From Diplonema japonicum (lineage: Eukaryota; Protista; Euglenozoa: Diplonemea), in contig OZ025673.1 in assembly GCA_964019335.1 (NCBI GenBank), positions 1 to 64,000 on the forward strand: a stretch of DNA of 64,000 nt. The letters are read 5' to 3'. The position numbers and the translations under genes are program-made. The stretch's first letter is position 1. Each line of letters opens with the position of its first letter. Shown piece after piece: positions 21,646-33,779 of this stretch. Under the pieces are notes generated by a model. It did not search any database. It saw only the letters and a list, made by a program, of their open reading frames with translations, and was not told the DNA's origin.

Positions 21646-22452
21646 TTATTTCTTATCGAAGGGTAGACTGACTGCCTCGCCTGCCGACACCCTTGCTGCT
21701 GCAAAAGGGACAAGTAGCTTGCACAGTAACTGGTTTAGCCCTCTATGTTGAAGTACAGGGAGCAATGGTTGCGTTGCTTGCCGTGCCATGAAGCCGTAAG
21801 GAAGCCCCTCGGTCCAGTCATGCTCCGACGGGGACCATCCCACCAACTTACGGGCGGCCACTGCTGAACCTATCTCGGAGTTGTAAAGTGTTGCATCAAA
21901 GCCGCACCCTTGTATAAGGCCCAAGAGAGTAGCTGCTTCGTAGACGACCATCCCGACCGACCACATGTCCACGGACCTTGTGTATTCTGTGGTGCCGAAC
22001 AAGCACTCAACGGCACAGTAGCAAAGAGTGCAACCGGTCATCGGTGGAGGCAGTTCTCCATCTTCAAAACACGCACTACCAAAGTCGCATAGAACACCAG
22101 AAGAGCCGCGCACCAGAATGTTCTCAGGCTTGATGTCCCTGTGAATGATGCCCTTCGTGTGGACATGCTGCAGCCCTCTAAACACACCGCGCAGCACACA
22201 AGTGAACCCCTCCGGTGTCATGGTTTCGAAAGCCTCACGTAAATCTCCTTCAACAAATGGCATTACCATAGCCACGCCCATGCTGCATGCTTCTGCTTTG
22301 ACTATCCAATCACTAGCCCCTAAGGCTTTGTTAATACTGATCTCACGCAATAATCTGTCTTCCTTCCCCGCTTTCGGCTTCTTCACTGCTACGATGTCAT
22401 CGCCGAGCTGCTCGCGTGTAACAACACCAAAGGCCCCCTCACGCCGCCACAT
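21646..22452 (-). CDS. Ser/Thr protein kinase (minimal, CDK/MAPK-like)
   Basis: EGAFGVV, VAVKK, HRDIKPEN, DFG, DMWSVG. Confidence 0.93.
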   Translation of the reverse strand: MWRREGAFGVVTREQLGDDIVAVKKPKAGKEDRLLREISINKALGASDWIVKAEACSMGVAMVMPFVEGDLREAFETMTPEGFTCVLRGVFRGLQHVHTKGIIHRDIKPENILVRGSSGVLCDFGSACFEDGELPPPMTGCTLCYCAVECLFGTTEYTRSVDMWSVGMVVYEAATLLGLIQGCGFDATLYNSEIGSAVAARKLVGWSPSEHDWTEGLPYGFMARQATQPLLPVLQHRGLNQLLCKLLVPFAAARVSAGEAVSLPFDKK

Positions 22453-22795
22453 ATTGGTGTCTACTTGATTAAATTAATTGCTATCATGCACAACGGAGAA
22501 GAAGGACTCAACACTCATCATATTTTAGGAGCTGTAGTGCCCCCTGAGATAACACTTAGATCCGCTTGCCTATTTCAAAACTTGCGGAGGTACTGGGGAT
22601 GACGGTCCTTGCCACTCCGGCGCTTCTGGGTTCATCGGGGTTTTGTGTATTGTGCGCTGGTATTTTTTTTTTTTTTTTTTTTTAAATTCCACCTCCTCTT
22701 GGTCTAGCCAGACCGACCCCACCCAGCTGGGCTGTGTGGAGCCAACGGAAGTGTGTTGAGACGTTCGTGCTTTCGTGTCGGCCTGTGTTATTGTT

Positions 22796-23899
22796 CTAGC
22801 ACCTTTGTGACATGGGTATTCTCTTTCCACGGCATTGAGCAAGTAGATTGGCTGCTTTGGCTTTTAATTCATCATTAACATCGCTGTTCTTTGACGCAAG
22901 TAACAACTGTTCCATACATCGCGATAGCAAGTTATCTGTCCGTTGTGGGCACGGCGTTTCCAATTGTGTAAGTAACTCATGCTTCAAAGTAGAGGGGTGC
23001 TGGAGGTGATCGAGGGCTGTCTGTAACTGTATGGCAGGAAGAATACTTTCGCTGGGGCTCGTTGTCACAATAAGCGATGGTTTGTTGAGTCGGTTGGATA
23101 AAAAGAGGCTGTCGCAGAGGGTGTCAACAAACGCCACAAGCCCACGCTTCACAAGGCCAGCAATAACGACAAGCGTCCCAGCATCAAAAGAATCGGCTTG
23201 GTTTAGCTCGCCTCGTGTCACTAACAGCTTGACACCCATGTTGGTGATGTCACTGCACTTCTCCTTGATGTCATACCACTTGTGACGAACCGTTTGACTC
23301 AGAGCACGGTTGTCAAAAATGAGCGCGAAGTTCAATTCTGGGATCTTATCTTGACACTGAAAATGGAAGTGATCACACAGTATCATCTTGTGGTGGCTGC
23401 AGTCTAATTGATCGCAGCACTTTGGAAGGACGCAGACAGATTTACTAAAATTGTGGTCCTTCTCTAATTCATCCGCGTCGCAACTATTCCCAAAGAATGA
23501 GAGACGAACAGGTGCCTTGAATCTACTGAGCTGCTTCAGCACCTTGAGGATGCCCTCGTTGGTCAGCTTATTGTACGAAAGGTCAATGTGCGACAGGTTA
23601 TGGTACAAAGAACATTCAAGCAAAGTCTCCAAATAAGACATGCCCTCATCAGTGAAGCTGTTCCAAGATACATCCAACCATGCTAACTTGCTGGTGTCAA
23701 GGGTTTGTATCGCCGTGCACAATAGTTTCAGGTCCCCGTCCTCTGCGCCCTGTCGTGTCATTTGGATTGACACTATCTGCTTCTCGAGTTGCCCCTCACG
23801 TATTATCATTTGAAATGACTTTATCGCGCTTTCCAATCCACCAATAAGAACACGCTTTCCATCGATCAGCAGTTCATTCTGAGAAATAATGCAAGTCAT
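22796..23899 (-). CDS. RNI-like leucine-rich repeat protein
   Basis: LAWLDVSWNSFTDEG, LSHIDLSYNKLTNEG; the 3' end is uncertain. Confidence 0.75.
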   Translation of the reverse strand: MTCIISQNELLIDGKRVLIGGLESAIKSFQMIIREGQLEKQIVSIQMTRQGAEDGDLKLLCTAIQTLDTSKLAWLDVSWNSFTDEGMSYLETLLECSLYHNLSHIDLSYNKLTNEGILKVLKQLSRFKAPVRLSFFGNSCDADELEKDHNFSKSVCVLPKCCDQLDCSHHKMILCDHFHFQCQDKIPELNFALIFDNRALSQTVRHKWYDIKEKCSDITNMGVKLLVTRGELNQADSFDAGTLVVIAGLVKRGLVAFVDTLCDSLFLSNRLNKPSLIVTTSPSESILPAIQLQTALDHLQHPSTLKHELLTQLETPCPQRTDNLLSRCMEQLLLASKNSDVNDELKAKAANLLAQCRGKRIPMSQRC

Positions 23900-23974
23900 G
23901 GTATCTGGTTGTTATGTTCCAGGAGGTACTAATCAATAATACTAATCTAATCTATCTGTCACTGACAGGACTGT

Positions 23975-25284
23975 CTAGTTTCTATTACTCTTGTTCGTAA
24001 GGTTGCGTAGCAGAATTGCCTCCGTCAGTGCAATGTCACCGTTGCTCTCGTTGATAGCCACGTCCACGTCGTCTGCGAGAGTCTGAGGTGCTTGCTCGCG
24101 TCCGCTTACAATAGGGAGGATACTTTCCGTCAGCTTGTCGCGCAGCAAGCAGTTCTCTACCTCCAGCGCCCCTTGTGCGTCTTTCAGCTGGCTCACCATC
24201 AAAACAAGTTCCTCTTCCTTCAAAGTGTAGCCATGGCCTGACCCAAGCTTCATCTTCAGCTTCAGCTCCTCGACCTGCTTGGTAGCCTTGAATCTGTTTC
24301 GCTGTTCTTCCTTCAACACCTTCTGAAGATGGCTCCGCGCACCGGCTTCTTGCTTCAAACGTGTGTCGCACTTAGTTATCAGTTCTGCCTGTTCCGAAAC
24401 CGTCTGCTCCAGGCTTATCTGCTCTAGCTTGCTTATCTCCAATTCTCTACTCAGATTCTGTATGCCATTGTCCTTCTGTAGTATAATACTGTTGAGGTCT
24501 GCGACAGCCTTGTCATGCTTTCTATTACACTCCAAAAGCTCTTTTGCGTGCAACTTCTGCTGCTTTTCGGAGTTCTCCTCCTGCATCCCAAGACTCTGCT
24601 GCAAGACCTCTTCTTTATGCGTTGCTATTGATGCCTTCGTCTTGTACTCCATCAGTTCGGACTTCATCCTCTCTCGTACCATTGCAGTGGCGTCTGCCTT
24701 TGCTTTGAGCACCTCGTTTAAGAAGTCGAAACCCTCTTCCAAGTGCTGCACCACTTCTTGGTCGTTGGGTGTAGGCTGCTCGTAAGAGGGCAGTAGTGAT
24801 CTCGTAACGGAACTCAAGCAGGTTACCATTTCATGTAAATTCCCCTTCAGCATCTTGATGCTCTGCACGGCCTCCTTGTAGCTAAGAGTGGATGCTTTTG
24901 CGGCTTCTTCGAATTGCTTCGCTTCCCGCTTTGTGCCTTCCAGCGTCGCCACCAAGCCCTGTATATGAACACCTTGCCTTTCAACCTCTGCCTCCAGCAA
25001 CACTATTCTATCATTGAATTCTTCAGTCGACCTTTTGTTCCCTGAGAGGTTTTCTACTTGTTTGCACAATTCATCGCGTTCCCTATTTAATGTATCAATA
25101 AAAAACTGAACATGGTATACCTCAAGAACCCTTCACGTTGCCCCTGTAGCTGCGAGTTCTCTATTTTCATCATCTTCATGCTTGAAGTAAGGGTCGTGAG
25201 CTGCGCCTTTAGCAGCTGGTTTTCAACTTCCAAAGCATGTGCCACGGCATCTTGCCGATTATCCATCTCGGTGAACATATCCAT
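23975..25284 (-). CDS. Coiled-coil protein (intron near 25083-25120)
   Basis: Heptad-rich ORFs 25087-25284 and 23975-25069 joined by a GTATA..TAG intron. Confidence 0.7.
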
Positions 25285-25557
25285 CCCTGTAGTGATCGGA
25301 ATACATTAGAAAAAGGAGGGAACTAAACAAATATGTTAAGTTAGAGCTGCTGTTTTGAGATAACATTCTCGCACCGGATGCAATGCAGTGGCTTTCTCTA
25401 CTAACTATCCCTGTGGGGAATAGCAAGTTGACCACAAACACATAACAGCCGTATTTGAGGCACAAAAATAAAGAGATGCATAAGGATGGTGCCCGTGCCA
25501 ACCTTGTGACTTGTGACATAAAGCCTGCTCTTTTTCTTGTGGTCTCTTTGGAACAAT

Positions 25558-26448
25558 TCAAACAATTGACGGAATATCTGTAGTAATAAAGTTAACACCC
25601 ATTGCCGCAAGGGAGGTTGCATTGCTCTGCTTGTTCACTGTCCATGCGTCAGTGGTGAATCCCGCCTCTGACGCTGCCTTGACGAGTGCTGGTGTGAAAA
25701 GAGTGTGTTCAGCAGCGATGGTGGTGGCACCTAGAAAGGCGGGTAGCAGGGAGGGGGTGATGGCCATATGCAGATACACTTTATCGAGGAGGCTACTAAA
25801 CATGTTTACAACAGGAATATTCTTAAGAAGGAAAGTAGGCAGTGTTTCACCAACAATTAACGCGGTGGGGATGTCACACAGCTGCCTCATGACGTACACA
25901 TACACGGGGTTGAAAGAAATGATGACCACGTGCTCCTCATAGCCCTGTTCTCTGATTATGTCCAGTGTTTTCTTGCACAGGTCGGCGCTCCTTGACCACC
26001 CTTTAAGCTCAACTAGCAACTTCAAATTCTGGCTTTTACTGTAACTCAGAACTTCCTTGAACGTGGGAACGACTTCCTTGCTGTCAGCTTCAGCTGAAAA
26101 GACCCTACTCTGCATGTCAGCAAGCGTCGTGTCCATGACAGCCACGTCTTCACCTTGGAGCTGCTGGCCAGTCTTCAAATCGTGGAACACCACAATCTCG
26201 TCATCTGCTGTGATCTGAACATCCAGCTCAAGTGCCACAGCGTGCTCCAGTACGCTTTTGAATGCGGACATAGTGTTCCCGGTGGGACATGTCTTGATCC
26301 TTGCTCCTCTGTGGCCCACAATGCTACCTTGCTTTCTCGTCCAGTGTCCGTCGCCCAACTCCGGCCTCGATAGCTTGACCTTCATTAGCAGCCATGCTGT
26401 CACGACGCCGCACGCACACGCACCAGCCCCCAGAATCTTCTTAGACAT
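25558..26448 (-). CDS. Glycerophosphodiester phosphodiesterase (GDPD family)
   Basis: IVGHRGA, GNTMSAF, ELDVQITAD..VVFHD, VELK, AWTVN, ITTD; N-terminal anchor. Confidence 0.93.
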   Translation of the reverse strand: MSKKILGAGACACGVVTAWLLMKVKLSRPELGDGHWTRKQGSIVGHRGARIKTCPTGNTMSAFKSVLEHAVALELDVQITADDEIVVFHDLKTGQQLQGEDVAVMDTTLADMQSRVFSAEADSKEVVPTFKEVLSYSKSQNLKLLVELKGWSRSADLCKKTLDIIREQGYEEHVVIISFNPVYVYVMRQLCDIPTALIVGETLPTFLLKNIPVVNMFSSLLDKVYLHMAITPSLLPAFLGATTIAAEHTLFTPALVKAASEAGFTTDAWTVNKQSNATSLAAMGVNFITTDIPSIV

Positions 26449-26551
26449 CTTGTACTGAAGGGCTGCAAGGCAGCAACTCGAAAAAGGCCTTTGAAAAACA
26501 ACCCCCTCTCATGTAAATGAGCGGACATCGTACTTTGTACATGCCTTTCTT

Positions 26552-27360
26552 TTACTTCACTTCCAAAGTGTCTCTCATTGCTTCGATGTTTCCTATGTGC
26601 GCCTCGTCGAAAGGTATAGCCTTCTGTCGCTGGAGAGCCGAGTGCTCTCTCCATGCATCCTTCTCTATGACCATATACATGTCGAGCTTGTCCATCCATG
26701 AAGGGTCTGTCGCTTCCATCTCACTGAGCTGTGTTCCGGAGGTTTATTAATAAGCTATCATACCTCAGCTTCACGTTCAGCTTCGAGCTCAGCTGCTATC
26801 TGGGACTGCAGTACATCGATGGGATGCATCTGGTGTTTGAGTATCTCTTCCTCGGCTGCTTGTTGTGCAATCTCCATTGCATTGTGCCTTTCCTCCCTCT
26901 TGCCGTTCAGAAACACTTCAAGCTCCTGCGCCTTCTGCACAACGGTCTTAATCTCGTCATCATCTTTTTCTTTCGCCTCCGTTTCATGCTCTTCCTTAAG
27001 CTGCTTCTCTTCTTCTTCATGAAGCAGCTTCTGCTTCTCACGCTCGCAATCCATCTCAGCAGCTTTCGCCCTAACCCTCTTGCTGCCGATTGTGTCGTAC
27101 TCTGCCCCTCCTTTGTACGTGCCGTCCCGCATAAGAGCCACGATGTCGGGCTCGCCTTCCAGGTTCTGCACCTGCTCCTCGGGCTTCTTCGCAAGCTGCG
27201 TCACCTCAGCAGACCTCACTTTCCCGGCAGCTCTTTCCACGCAGTCCCACTCTCGTGATGCTAGTTGGCTTGCAAGAATAGCTTTTTCGTCTACCTTAAC
27301 GGGTCCCTTCCCCGCGACACTAAGGTCGCACATTGCTGCCGCTCGCATATAGCATGACAT
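26552..27360 (-). CDS. Hypothetical coiled-coil protein (1 intron)
   Basis: ORF 26758-27435 is extended through a GTATG..CAG intron to a TAA at 26552. Confidence 0.65.
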
Positions 27361-27516
27361 GGATCTTACAAAGGGCTTGTGGTTAAATGCAAATATTCTG
27401 GTATAAAAAAAATTCAAACTATCATTTAGCGTCAAACAAGGTTACATGAATGGTCGACAGCTCAGGCCCAAAGGTTAGGGGTAATGCCTGATGAGGTGCC
27501 GACAAGGCAAAACACA

Positions 27517-28068
27517 TCACTCGCTTAAGTGGTAGACAGTGATGGTGCCAGGGTACCCCTTGAAGATTGTCTTGATGATGCTGCGCACCCTCTCCCATTC
27601 TAACTTGTCCAGACCGCAGCCAATCTTCGGCATTGCCAATTCGGTGATGCCATGCTGGGTCATGTGCTTCGCCATATCGGACAAACTGCTTGTGAAGTCG
27701 TCATAGGTAGGCTTGTGGCTGTAGTGCTCCTTCGTGATCAGGTAGTAGATGAACCTCCCCTCCCTGCTTAGCGAGCATGTGCGTCCAATAGTGGGGTCCT
27801 GCGCACGCAATTCAGAGAGGCCTCCGAAGTCTTTCTTGAATCTCACAGCAATTCCCTTACCCATACCAAGGCACCTCGACACACAGTGGCACAGACTGCA
27901 TTCAGCACTGAAAAGATCACCAACTACATCAATCAGCAAACCACCGCCCTCTAAATCTTCTTGTCTGAACTGCCTGGGCGGGCCGACAGGTACAGCCACC
28001 TCGCCCTTCCTTCCCTTTCCAAAACCCTTTCCTCCTTTTGCCCCTTTACTCAATCCCTTGCCAGACAT
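27517..28068 (-). CDS. OARD1: TARG1/OARD1-type macrodomain ADP-ribose glycohydrolase
   Basis: GDLF...SLCHCVS..MGKGIAVRFKK.FG...FIYYLITK...KPTY...MPKIGCGLDKLEW. Confidence 0.92.
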   Translation of the reverse strand: MSGKGLSKGAKGGKGFGKGRKGEVAVPVGPPRQFRQEDLEGGGLLIDVVGDLFSAECSLCHCVSRCLGMGKGIAVRFKKDFGGLSELRAQDPTIGRTCSLSREGRFIYYLITKEHYSHKPTYDDFTSSLSDMAKHMTQHGITELAMPKIGCGLDKLEWERVRSIIKTIFKGYPGTITVYHLSE

Positions 28069-28605
28069 AGTAGTGATGTATCGCAGAGACCCAAAAACCT
28101 TTAACATATAATTGCGCTTTTTACTAGATGAAACAAGAAAAGCGAATCTGTAAAATCACAAAATGAAGGTCCGACCTTTCCAACCCCGCCTATTCCACTG
28201 AAATATGAAAGCAGAGCTTGAGACCTAGTAACCCTTGACCACAAAATAGGCAAGGCGCACTGCTTCACCATATTGCTAAAGGTTAAGAGCGCGGAATGGT
28301 CGAGCGACACCTTCTGAAACAGATAATTGTAACGGAAACGGAGGAGGTGCTCGAATAATTAATTATAAACTATGGGGGAGGGAAGGGGACGGGTGAATCA
28401 TTCATCTTTTTTTCTTCTCTCTGTTTTCTTTCTTCTTAATAGTTTCCAGCCAATGCCGGGCAACACCGAACCTACATGAAATGGGGTAAGTGATTACAAC
28501 CAGTTAGGGGGTATGGGTGAGACCCTTCTGCAGTCGAATGCTTGGCACCGTGCTGTGGTGTACAACACCACAGCAAGCGGGCCAGGGACTTCTTTTTTCA
28601 TCTTC

Positions 28606-30052
28606 TTACAAGAATGTGTACATCCAACACCTAAGGAAAGGGTTATTGCCGCGGGGTAGCATACCAAAAGACGCAAAAGGGCACCACAAAGACCACACTG
28701 ATCACCAGGTATGCCATCTGTGTATGTATGAATTGTACATAACAACATACAAGCTCTACCTTCGTATGGCCTCCGCGGCAAGTGCTTTGAGATGCCTGCT
28801 TCGTGGAGGTGATGATTGGGGGGATGGTAGCAGGGGAATTAGACGATAGGAGGCGTGTTGCTGTGTGGCTAAGAGGAGGTTTAATAATACCTTTTAGAAG
28901 CTCGGGGGGATCATACTGCGCACTGTGGTGCAAGGTACTAGGAGCCGCCTTCGGGCGTGTCACCTCCTTCCCTACATTTATGGAGTGCGCTTTGGGATCG
29001 CTCGTCTCGCGCTTCTTGCTCTCCTTATCTGTCAACACACGCACTTTGGTCCTCGTATCACAACCTCCCTCATTCCTTGGTGTGTCTGCATATGTGAATA
29101 CTAACACAGCGCTGAACGAACCTGGGCAGTTCACATCTTCCTTGTGTTCGATGTCCACACAGCACACGTTGGGTAGCTCCTTTTTAATATCTCGTTTCAG
29201 TTGTTCCTCGTCGATCATGATGTTGTTGCCGAGCAGGATGTGGTCCTGCCTTAGGGTGCTCTTCGGGGTTTGTTTGGGCTTAGGCACCGTGGGTGCAAGG
29301 GGCCTAGGGCACTTACCGCTGTTCAGAGATTCGGGGTCAGGAGTGTCCCTCGTTTTTGATGGTAAGGAGGGAGCAAGCTTGATTTTAGTCTCACACCATC
29401 CTTTCAATTCATTTACCTTGGGCAGCGAGGGCTCAGTGTCGAGGGGCACGCTCTTCGTTTCCGAGAGTACCAAGACATCGTAGATGTCTGCACCGTACTG
29501 CAACAGGGGATGGGTCCCGAACTGCACTTCATTGAGGGTGCTGTACAGGTCTTCAAAGGTAGTGATTCGCTTTTCGAAATGCTTCTTTGTGTCCTCTTGT
29601 TGCTGCACCACTTCGATAGGGCTCTTGGCACAGCCAGGGAAGCAGTGAATTCGACTCCCTTTTTTTGCCTTGTGGCGTCGACCTCGAAGGCCGATAGCAT
29701 GCCCCTTGACCCCCCGCCTGCTTTCACCATGGTAAGAGTACTCGTTTAGCGGAAGCGGTGCCAAGGGGTTCGGCTCGCTTAGCACAGGGTCAAGCAGGCA
29801 CTCTTCTACCACACAAAGGTCAGATGCGACAGCCTCCTTGTCTTCATCCGCGGGCAGCCCCGCCAAGACTTTCTGTTTGCGGTGTGTTGCTGAACAACCA
29901 TGACATACCCCTAATTCCTTCAACCGAAACATCCACTTCAGCTTCTCCTTACTGCTCATTGTTGGCAGCCCGCCACTTGCTGCCTTCGTTAGTTCTTCGA
30001 CTATCTCCCCGCAGCTCATGAGATCCCTCCTCTCCTTATCTGTGCTGGACAT
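28606..30052 (-). CDS. Hypothetical tail-anchored protein (2 small 3' introns)
   Basis: Long ORF with a hydrophobic C-terminus, MAYLVISVVFVVPFCVFW. Confidence 0.65.
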
Positions 30053-30240
30053 ATTCTGATAGGTAAAGTACTTCGCTAGAAACACAGTTAAATATTTAAC
30101 GAGATCAATTCAAGTAAATTAAAATAAGAAGAAATCATAAAAACTGCCGATTTCGCACTTCCAGCAAAAAAAAAAAGAAAAAAAAGTTATGTGTACAACT
30201 AAAAGTACAAAATAACGACAAAATTTGTTAAAGTTATGGG

Positions 30241-30272
<32 letters not shown>

Positions 30273-30377
30273 ACATTTAAGGGTATGTGGCAGGACGCCT
30301 GAAAAAGAATAACAAAAAAAAAAAGAAACCCCACCCGTTTTTCTCTAAACCCAAAACACTGCCAACCTTCTATTATC

Positions 30378-31331
30378 TCACTTCTTCTCCTGCTTTGCCT
30401 GCCAGGACATGACGGACCTCAGGAACTGGTCAACACCGCCCCTCGTCAGATCTGTTGAAGCAGGCAGTCCGAAGGCGGTGGTGAGCTCTTCTCTGGCAGA
30501 AGGGTCAGAGAGAGCCGCCTGCAGGATCTCAAGTGTCTGCCTGAACTGCGGCGACCTGATCTCATCCAGGGTAGAGGTTTCGATGCCTTCAGGGAAATGT
30601 TCACTGAGACGCTCTTCGAACGCATCCTTGTCGCCAGACAGGATCTGCCTCACGGCGTCCTGTGCGAACAGGTCGGTCAGATGTACGTCGGCCTGTGTCT
30701 GCTGTGTGGGCAAAGACTGAGCAGCTGCCTGCGGTGCGCCAGCAGCATCACCACCCCTCATGCCACCTAGAATGGCCTGCAGTGTGTTCAAATCAATGTT
30801 AGCACCACCAACCCCAGCCCCAGCCCCCCCAACACTTCCGCCCGTAGCGGACATTGTACCCTGAGTGCCAGCAGACATGCTTCCCGTGGTGTCGCGCAGG
30901 TCGTACCCCTCCATAGGGACATCTCCCGAATCAGGCCTGCACTTCCTCGGGTCCTTGATGAAGGAGTTGATAAGGGTACAGTAGTGGTCATCCTTCTCAG
31001 TGTTAGGCTCCTGCATCCAGAAGAAGAACTCCTTGCTGCTCTGGCCCTGCTGGAACTGCAGCAGGTACACCCTTCCGGAAGTGCACTTTTCCACCCTGAA
31101 GTACTTTGCCTCGTCTGCGAAGATCATGAGCTCGTCTTCGATGTTGCCCGACATCCTGTCCTTCCACTGGAAGTGGATGAAGCCCTGGTCACCGATAATC
31201 TGCACCATACCCTTCCTCGTGTCGGCCCTCACAGTCGTCCCGGACTTGTGCATCTTACCGGCTCTGAAACTAAGCGCGGGCTTGGGGCCTGTCTGCTGCG
31301 CAGCTCCGAATAAGTTAGAAAACCCAGACAT
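30378..31331 (-). CDS. RPN13: Proteasomal ubiquitin receptor Rpn13/ADRM1
   Basis: Pru domain FRAGKM...DTRKG...HFQWKDR...GRVYLLQF...FFWMQEP; C-terminal IRSPQFRQ. Confidence 0.93.
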   Translation of the reverse strand: MSGFSNLFGAAQQTGPKPALSFRAGKMHKSGTTVRADTRKGMVQIIGDQGFIHFQWKDRMSGNIEDELMIFADEAKYFRVEKCTSGRVYLLQFQQGQSSKEFFFWMQEPNTEKDDHYCTLINSFIKDPRKCRPDSGDVPMEGYDLRDTTGSMSAGTQGTMSATGGSVGGAGAGVGGANIDLNTLQAILGGMRGGDAAGAPQAAAQSLPTQQTQADVHLTDLFAQDAVRQILSGDKDAFEERLSEHFPEGIETSTLDEIRSPQFRQTLEILQAALSDPSAREELTTAFGLPASTDLTRGGVDQFLRSVMSWQAKQEKK

Positions 31332-33779
31332 TGAAAGTGTGAAGGGTGGCTGTGGTGGAAAGGTTTTTGCGAGAAGAAAAAAAGAAAGAAAAGTACCGGA
31401 TTTGGAAATTTGTTCGCCCGGAGTTAACTTCACCAATTCTGAGGGTGAAGGAGTACACAGGTTGACTAGTAACTAAGGGCCGCTTGCAAAAACCAGTCAT
31501 ATCTTCCGAAGCCGGAGTGGGTGCCATAACCTCATGACATGGGGGCATTTTAATTTAGTTTATCCAGCCTGCACGCCCGGCTCGCTTAACGGGGTGTCGC
31601 CACGCCTTCATTGCTTCATACAATCCACGTTAGGTGCTCATCCATGATGCTAAAGAATGGGAAGTACCAGATGTTCGCCTTCTTTTTCCGGGCGAAATAT
31701 ACTTGCGGATGCGGTAATAAAGGTCAAAATAAAAACAAGAAAAGAAGAAAATAAAAAGAAGAAAACTAATCCAAATGGACACCTTGACACCATCTGGGGC
31801 CACCCTCGTTCGCACATACACTTTTCTCGCGTTTTTTCTTTCTCTTTTTTCTTTTTAAACTGCTCAAAAGCAGCGGTTGAGCAACTTTGCCATCTATATT
31901 GGCATGTGCCCCTGGCGACGGGGATGCGACTTGGATCTCACCAACACAAGAGCCTCTCACGTTACTTGTCTAAGTGGTTGAGCGGAGTGACCTGACCCAA
32001 CCATAAAAATACTAGTACAAGGCTCACCACGTGATTCAACTCGAGAATGGGCAAAAGAGAGAAACGGAAAGAAGACGAAGAGGGAATGAAACAGATAGAC
32101 CTTCCCCCCCCCACCTCCCCTTTTTTTTTCGTTGCCACATAAGAAAAAAAATAACACTTCAGAGAATACCCGCATACCCCCTCCTCTCCCCAGGCATTCC
32201 CCTTTTTATTTTTCTTTTCTTTACTTCATTTCTTATAGGGTTGCTCGGGGGGAAGAAACAAAACACTTTTTATTAAAAAAGCAAAGAAACTAGGGGGGGG
32301 GGGGGGGGGGATCATGGTATAAATCAGTACCAAACATAGTTTTCTAGTGGTCTAGAAAGTGGGAGGGGAAAGGAGGTGAAAAAAAAAAAACAAAAAAGGA
32401 GGGTGTGCGAAAAATATGTGGACAAGACAGGTGGGGACATTATGCAAGTGGTGGTACGTGATAAGGCATATTGCCTGCCGAACCTTAAGTGCTTTGTGAT
32501 AAGAGGGAAGGGAAATGTTACATGTTTAGTTTCTTCAGAGAAGAGAAGTTTCCTTTTGCTTTTTATTGTACATTTCTTCTTTGGAAAGAAAAAAAACAAA
32601 AGAGGGAGCGGGGTGCCTTAGCTTTTACTTCCTAACCCGCCCTGCTCCCTCTCCTTAAAATAAACACAATACAAAAAAATAAAGTAAACGCGGGCGCCCC
32701 AGTTTTCTTCTTTTTCTTTTTTCACTCTTTCTTTCTTTTACGCGGAAGTCTTTTCTTTTTTTCTTGAAAGAGAACATGTGATTGATGAGCTCTCGTCACC
32801 TCCGTCTTCGTCTTCCTTTGCATACAAGCAATCATGGAAGGGCAGCTGGGGTGTGGGGTATGGGGACAACAACATAAAAAAAGTTAGAAAAAAGAAAAGT
32901 TAGAAAATATGAGAAAAAAACTGGATGTCACACACATGCTCCGCACGAAAGGCCCTAAATGAGGAGGGCACGCACCGTACTAGGTAGCTCAGTTCGGATA
33001 TATCTTGGCTCCTCAAGGTACTGTCCTCTTACAGGCGAGAGGAACCCTTCAACGACTTCGCCACCATGGTCTCCGCATTTAAAAAAAAAGGGCGGGGGGG
33101 GATAAGATTGGAAAAAAAAGTTACTCGAAGTCCGGAAAAGAGTTAAAGGTGGGTGGGAGAGCATAATAATACATAGTTCCCGCGACTTCTTCGAATAATA
33201 TTCGATAAATTCTGCGATCTTTCAAACTAAGGGTTTCCAAGCTGGTGTCTACCTTCCCAACCAATACGGGTCGTGGTTGCCACACGATATCTTAGGGATA
33301 TTATCAAAACCTTGGAACAAGAGCATCATTCATGTGCCCCGCTTCTTTTCAACCAGCTTTAGATTCTCTATGTATAGTCAAAGCCTTCCAGCCCTCTTAA
33401 ACGGTGCCCAAGGCGAGTCCCGGAGGTAGTCGCATGAGCTTCTTCTTGCACAAGGGACGAAAAAAAACAATGACAAGAGTGGTGTCAAAAGGAAAGCGGT
33501 TCCCCTGGCGATGCACTGTACGCCATGTCCTCTTCTTCCATGAGTTCAGCACCAGTTGTGAATGTCTTCGTCTTTGGCGCAAAAGACAAGAAACCATGGC
33601 TTCGGGCAGAAGGTGCTGATTGCTGAATACATATCTCATGTGTTTTTATAGTGAGATAAAAAAAAGAGGGGAAAAAAAGATGGGGGGCTTTTCCAGAATT
33701 TCGAGGGGAGTACATTTCTTTAAGCTTTTTTTTGGGGGGGCGTGCCAACCTTAGGGGAGAGGGTAAGGGACTCAAGACA

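Noticed and set aside
22570-22842. Extra exon with a PAM2-like MNPEAPEW motif extending the LRR gene
   Set aside because: No mini-intron could be found that restores the frame, and the ORF spans a long T homopolymer.
28170-28320. snRNA (Sm-site-like ATTTTGTG with a hairpin)
   Set aside because: No U1, U2, U4, U5 or U6 signature motifs could be matched.
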